DNA of 64,000 bases from Novakomyces olei (Eukaryota). The stretch lies in the NCBI GenBank assembly GCA_016906335.1, contig JADEYG010000003.1, forward strand, positions 868,001 to 932,000. Reading direction: 5' to 3'. Position numbers and translations under genes: made by a program. The notes below the pieces were generated by a model, which saw nothing but the letters and a program-made list of their open reading frames with translations, was not told the DNA's origin and searched no databases. Of the stretch, positions 62,407 through 64,000 are shown piece by piece. Each line of letters begins with the position of its first letter. The stretch's first letter is position 1.

Positions 62407-63467
62407 TTAATTTATTAATTTATTTATTTATTTATTTATTCACTGTTTTCCAATGCTCAAATACAATCGCCCCGCTCGATCTAACACTGACAGCTTCGTT
62501 TTGCTCGCACGAGTTTTCTGCTATTGATTTGACTAAATGGCGCGAGCATTTGACAACTGGCGCAGACCACCACCCTGCAAACCTCTCGCTCTCCGATATA
62601 ACAGACTACCTTTGTTTGTCACCAAAACCTGTAATCTTTGTGGACAACACGTCGAGCGAACAAGTAGCCGCCTTTTACCCCACTCTGCTGAACCGCAAGA
62701 TTCATATTGCAACGCCCAACAAGAAAGGGTTTTCTGGAGGCATTGAGCTTTACAAGAGGATACAAGCGGCACAAGTGGAAACGGGTGCACTCGTTTATCA
62801 CGAGGCGACAGTTGGCGCTGGCCTTCCCGTACTTTCTACACTGCGAGACCTTGTCTTGACAGGCGACGAGGTCCATCGTATTGAGGGCGTACTGAGTGGG
62901 ACAATGAGCTACTTGTTCAATAACTGGAGCCCCTCTGGACACGAAGGCACTGCCTCTTTTTCCGCTATGGTTACACAGGCCAAAGAGAATGGTTACACAG
63001 AACCTGACCCTCGTGACGATCTTAACGGTATGGATGTTGCCCGTAAAGTTACTATCCTGGCAAGACTGGCAGGGCTTGAATTGGAGGGCCCTTCCGCCTT
63101 CAAGGTGCAAAGTCTTATTCCCGCGGCTTTGGAGTCGGCTGCAAGCGCAGAAACTTTTCTGCAGAAACTACCGGAATACGATGCCGAGTTTTCCAGTGTC
63201 CGTTCGTCCGCTGAAAAGGCCGGAAAATGTGTTCGTTTCGTAGGGAGTGTTGATCTCAGTAATGGTGGGACTGCTTCTGTTGAGATGAAGGAATACGATG
63301 CTTCTAATCCTTTTGCTGCTCTTCAGGGTAGCGACAACCTTATTGCTTTTTATACAAAGCGATACTCACCACAGCCTCTTGTTATTCAGGGATCCGGTGC
63401 CGGTGCCGCTGTGACTGCAATGGGCGTGCTGTCTGATATTATTAAAATGGCAGACCGGCTGGCATAA
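62030..63467 (+). CDS. HOM6: Homoserine dehydrogenase; introns 62076-62120 and 62238-62493 (possible upstream split start at 61952)
   Basis: VNVAIIGVGGVG, VDNTSS, IATPNKK, HEATVGAGLPV, SGTMSY, GYTEPDPRDDLNGMDVARK, GAGAAVTAMGVLSD. Confidence 0.96.
62335..62440 (+). repeat. (TTTA)n microsatellite inside the HOM6 intron
   Basis: Directly visible, with a few TTAA interruptions. Confidence 0.93.
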
Positions 63468-63695
63468 GCAAGTTTATTTGAACACTACAAGGATCAAATA
63501 AGATTCATTGGATTGAGTATGCAAACATGTATTTAAATAAAAAAATTAGCGCCGCCTGGGTTTAGTACTAGATTAAAATAATAACGATATATATATATAT
63601 ATATATATATATTAGTAAATAAAGACAGACCAAACAAACGCTTTAAACCCCCATTTTAAATTTATGTACTTGTACGATATGAAAACCAAACTATT

Positions 63696-64000
63696 TTATA
63701 AATGTAAACTCCCCTTTCCCTTTGCCTTGTGCTTGTTATCTTTTCGTTTCGATGAGGTTTCTGGTACAACAACGGTACCCTGTTGAATTTCGTGTTGTAG
63801 CGAAGAATCAGCCGTTTGCAATTGCGACTGGACAGAAAGTGTAAACATGAGATCTCGTAATTGCTCTTCCAAATCTTTAATTTTTTCATCCTTGGTCTTG
63901 AGCTTCTTTGCGTCCTCTTTCCGCCCTTCCTGCAAAACTGTAATTTTTTGCAATAAACTATCTGTCAAAGATTTTTCGCCCCTCAAATTCTGCTCTAATC
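63696..64000 (-). CDS. ETP1: 3' end of a BRAP2/Etp1-like RING-finger protein (continues beyond window)
   Basis: Coiled coil ending IKDLEEQLRDLMFTL...EIQQGTVVV plus a basic tail, typical of the BRAP2/Etp1 C-terminus. Confidence 0.7.
   Translation of the reverse strand, partial: LEQNLRGEKSLTDSLLQKITVLQEGRKEDAKKLKTKDEKIKDLEEQLRDLMFTLSVQSQLQTADSSLQHEIQQGTVVVPETSSKRKDNKHKAKGKGSLHL

Noticed and set aside
62235-62493. Hydrophobic LFIY-repeat N-terminus on HOM6
   Set aside because: Intronic (TTTA)n, not a membrane anchor.

Overview
Gene-dense eukaryotic (fungal, ascomycete) chromosomal segment. It has about 27 protein-coding genes, most with short spliceosomal GT-AG introns (many 35-60 nt, CTRAY branch sites), plus one intron-containing tRNA-Ile(UAU). 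The TFIIB sequence, short introns and a Homol-E/Homol-D ribosomal-protein promoter resemble fission yeast, suggesting an early-diverging ascomycete such as a Taphrinomycotina member (inference only). Recognisable genes: DUR3-type urea transporter (5' truncated), HIS6, U2SURP/SR140-like splicing factor, HAD hydrolase, GT14 xylosyltransferase-like enzyme, F-box/WD40 protein, MRPL37, TVP18, two tandem PIR cell-wall proteins, AIM21, DUF1996 protein, SUA7, UNC-93-like MFS transporter, RidA with a PTS1, BrlA-like C2H2 factor, NTF2, carboxylesterase, MscS channel, RPL29, PRP17, NBS1, ANT1, an orphan, a LisH-WD40 protein, HOM6 and ETP1 (3' end only). No transposon or CRISPR evidence. The most notable unexplained signals are an apparently non-coding, highly structured locus at about 45.5-46.5 kb containing a box C/D K-turn module, a BrlA-like zinc-finger signature, a fungal GT14 enzyme, and long AT-rich microsatellites filling introns and divergent promoters. 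All exon boundaries were read by eye, and all family assignments come from recalled motifs rather than database searches.
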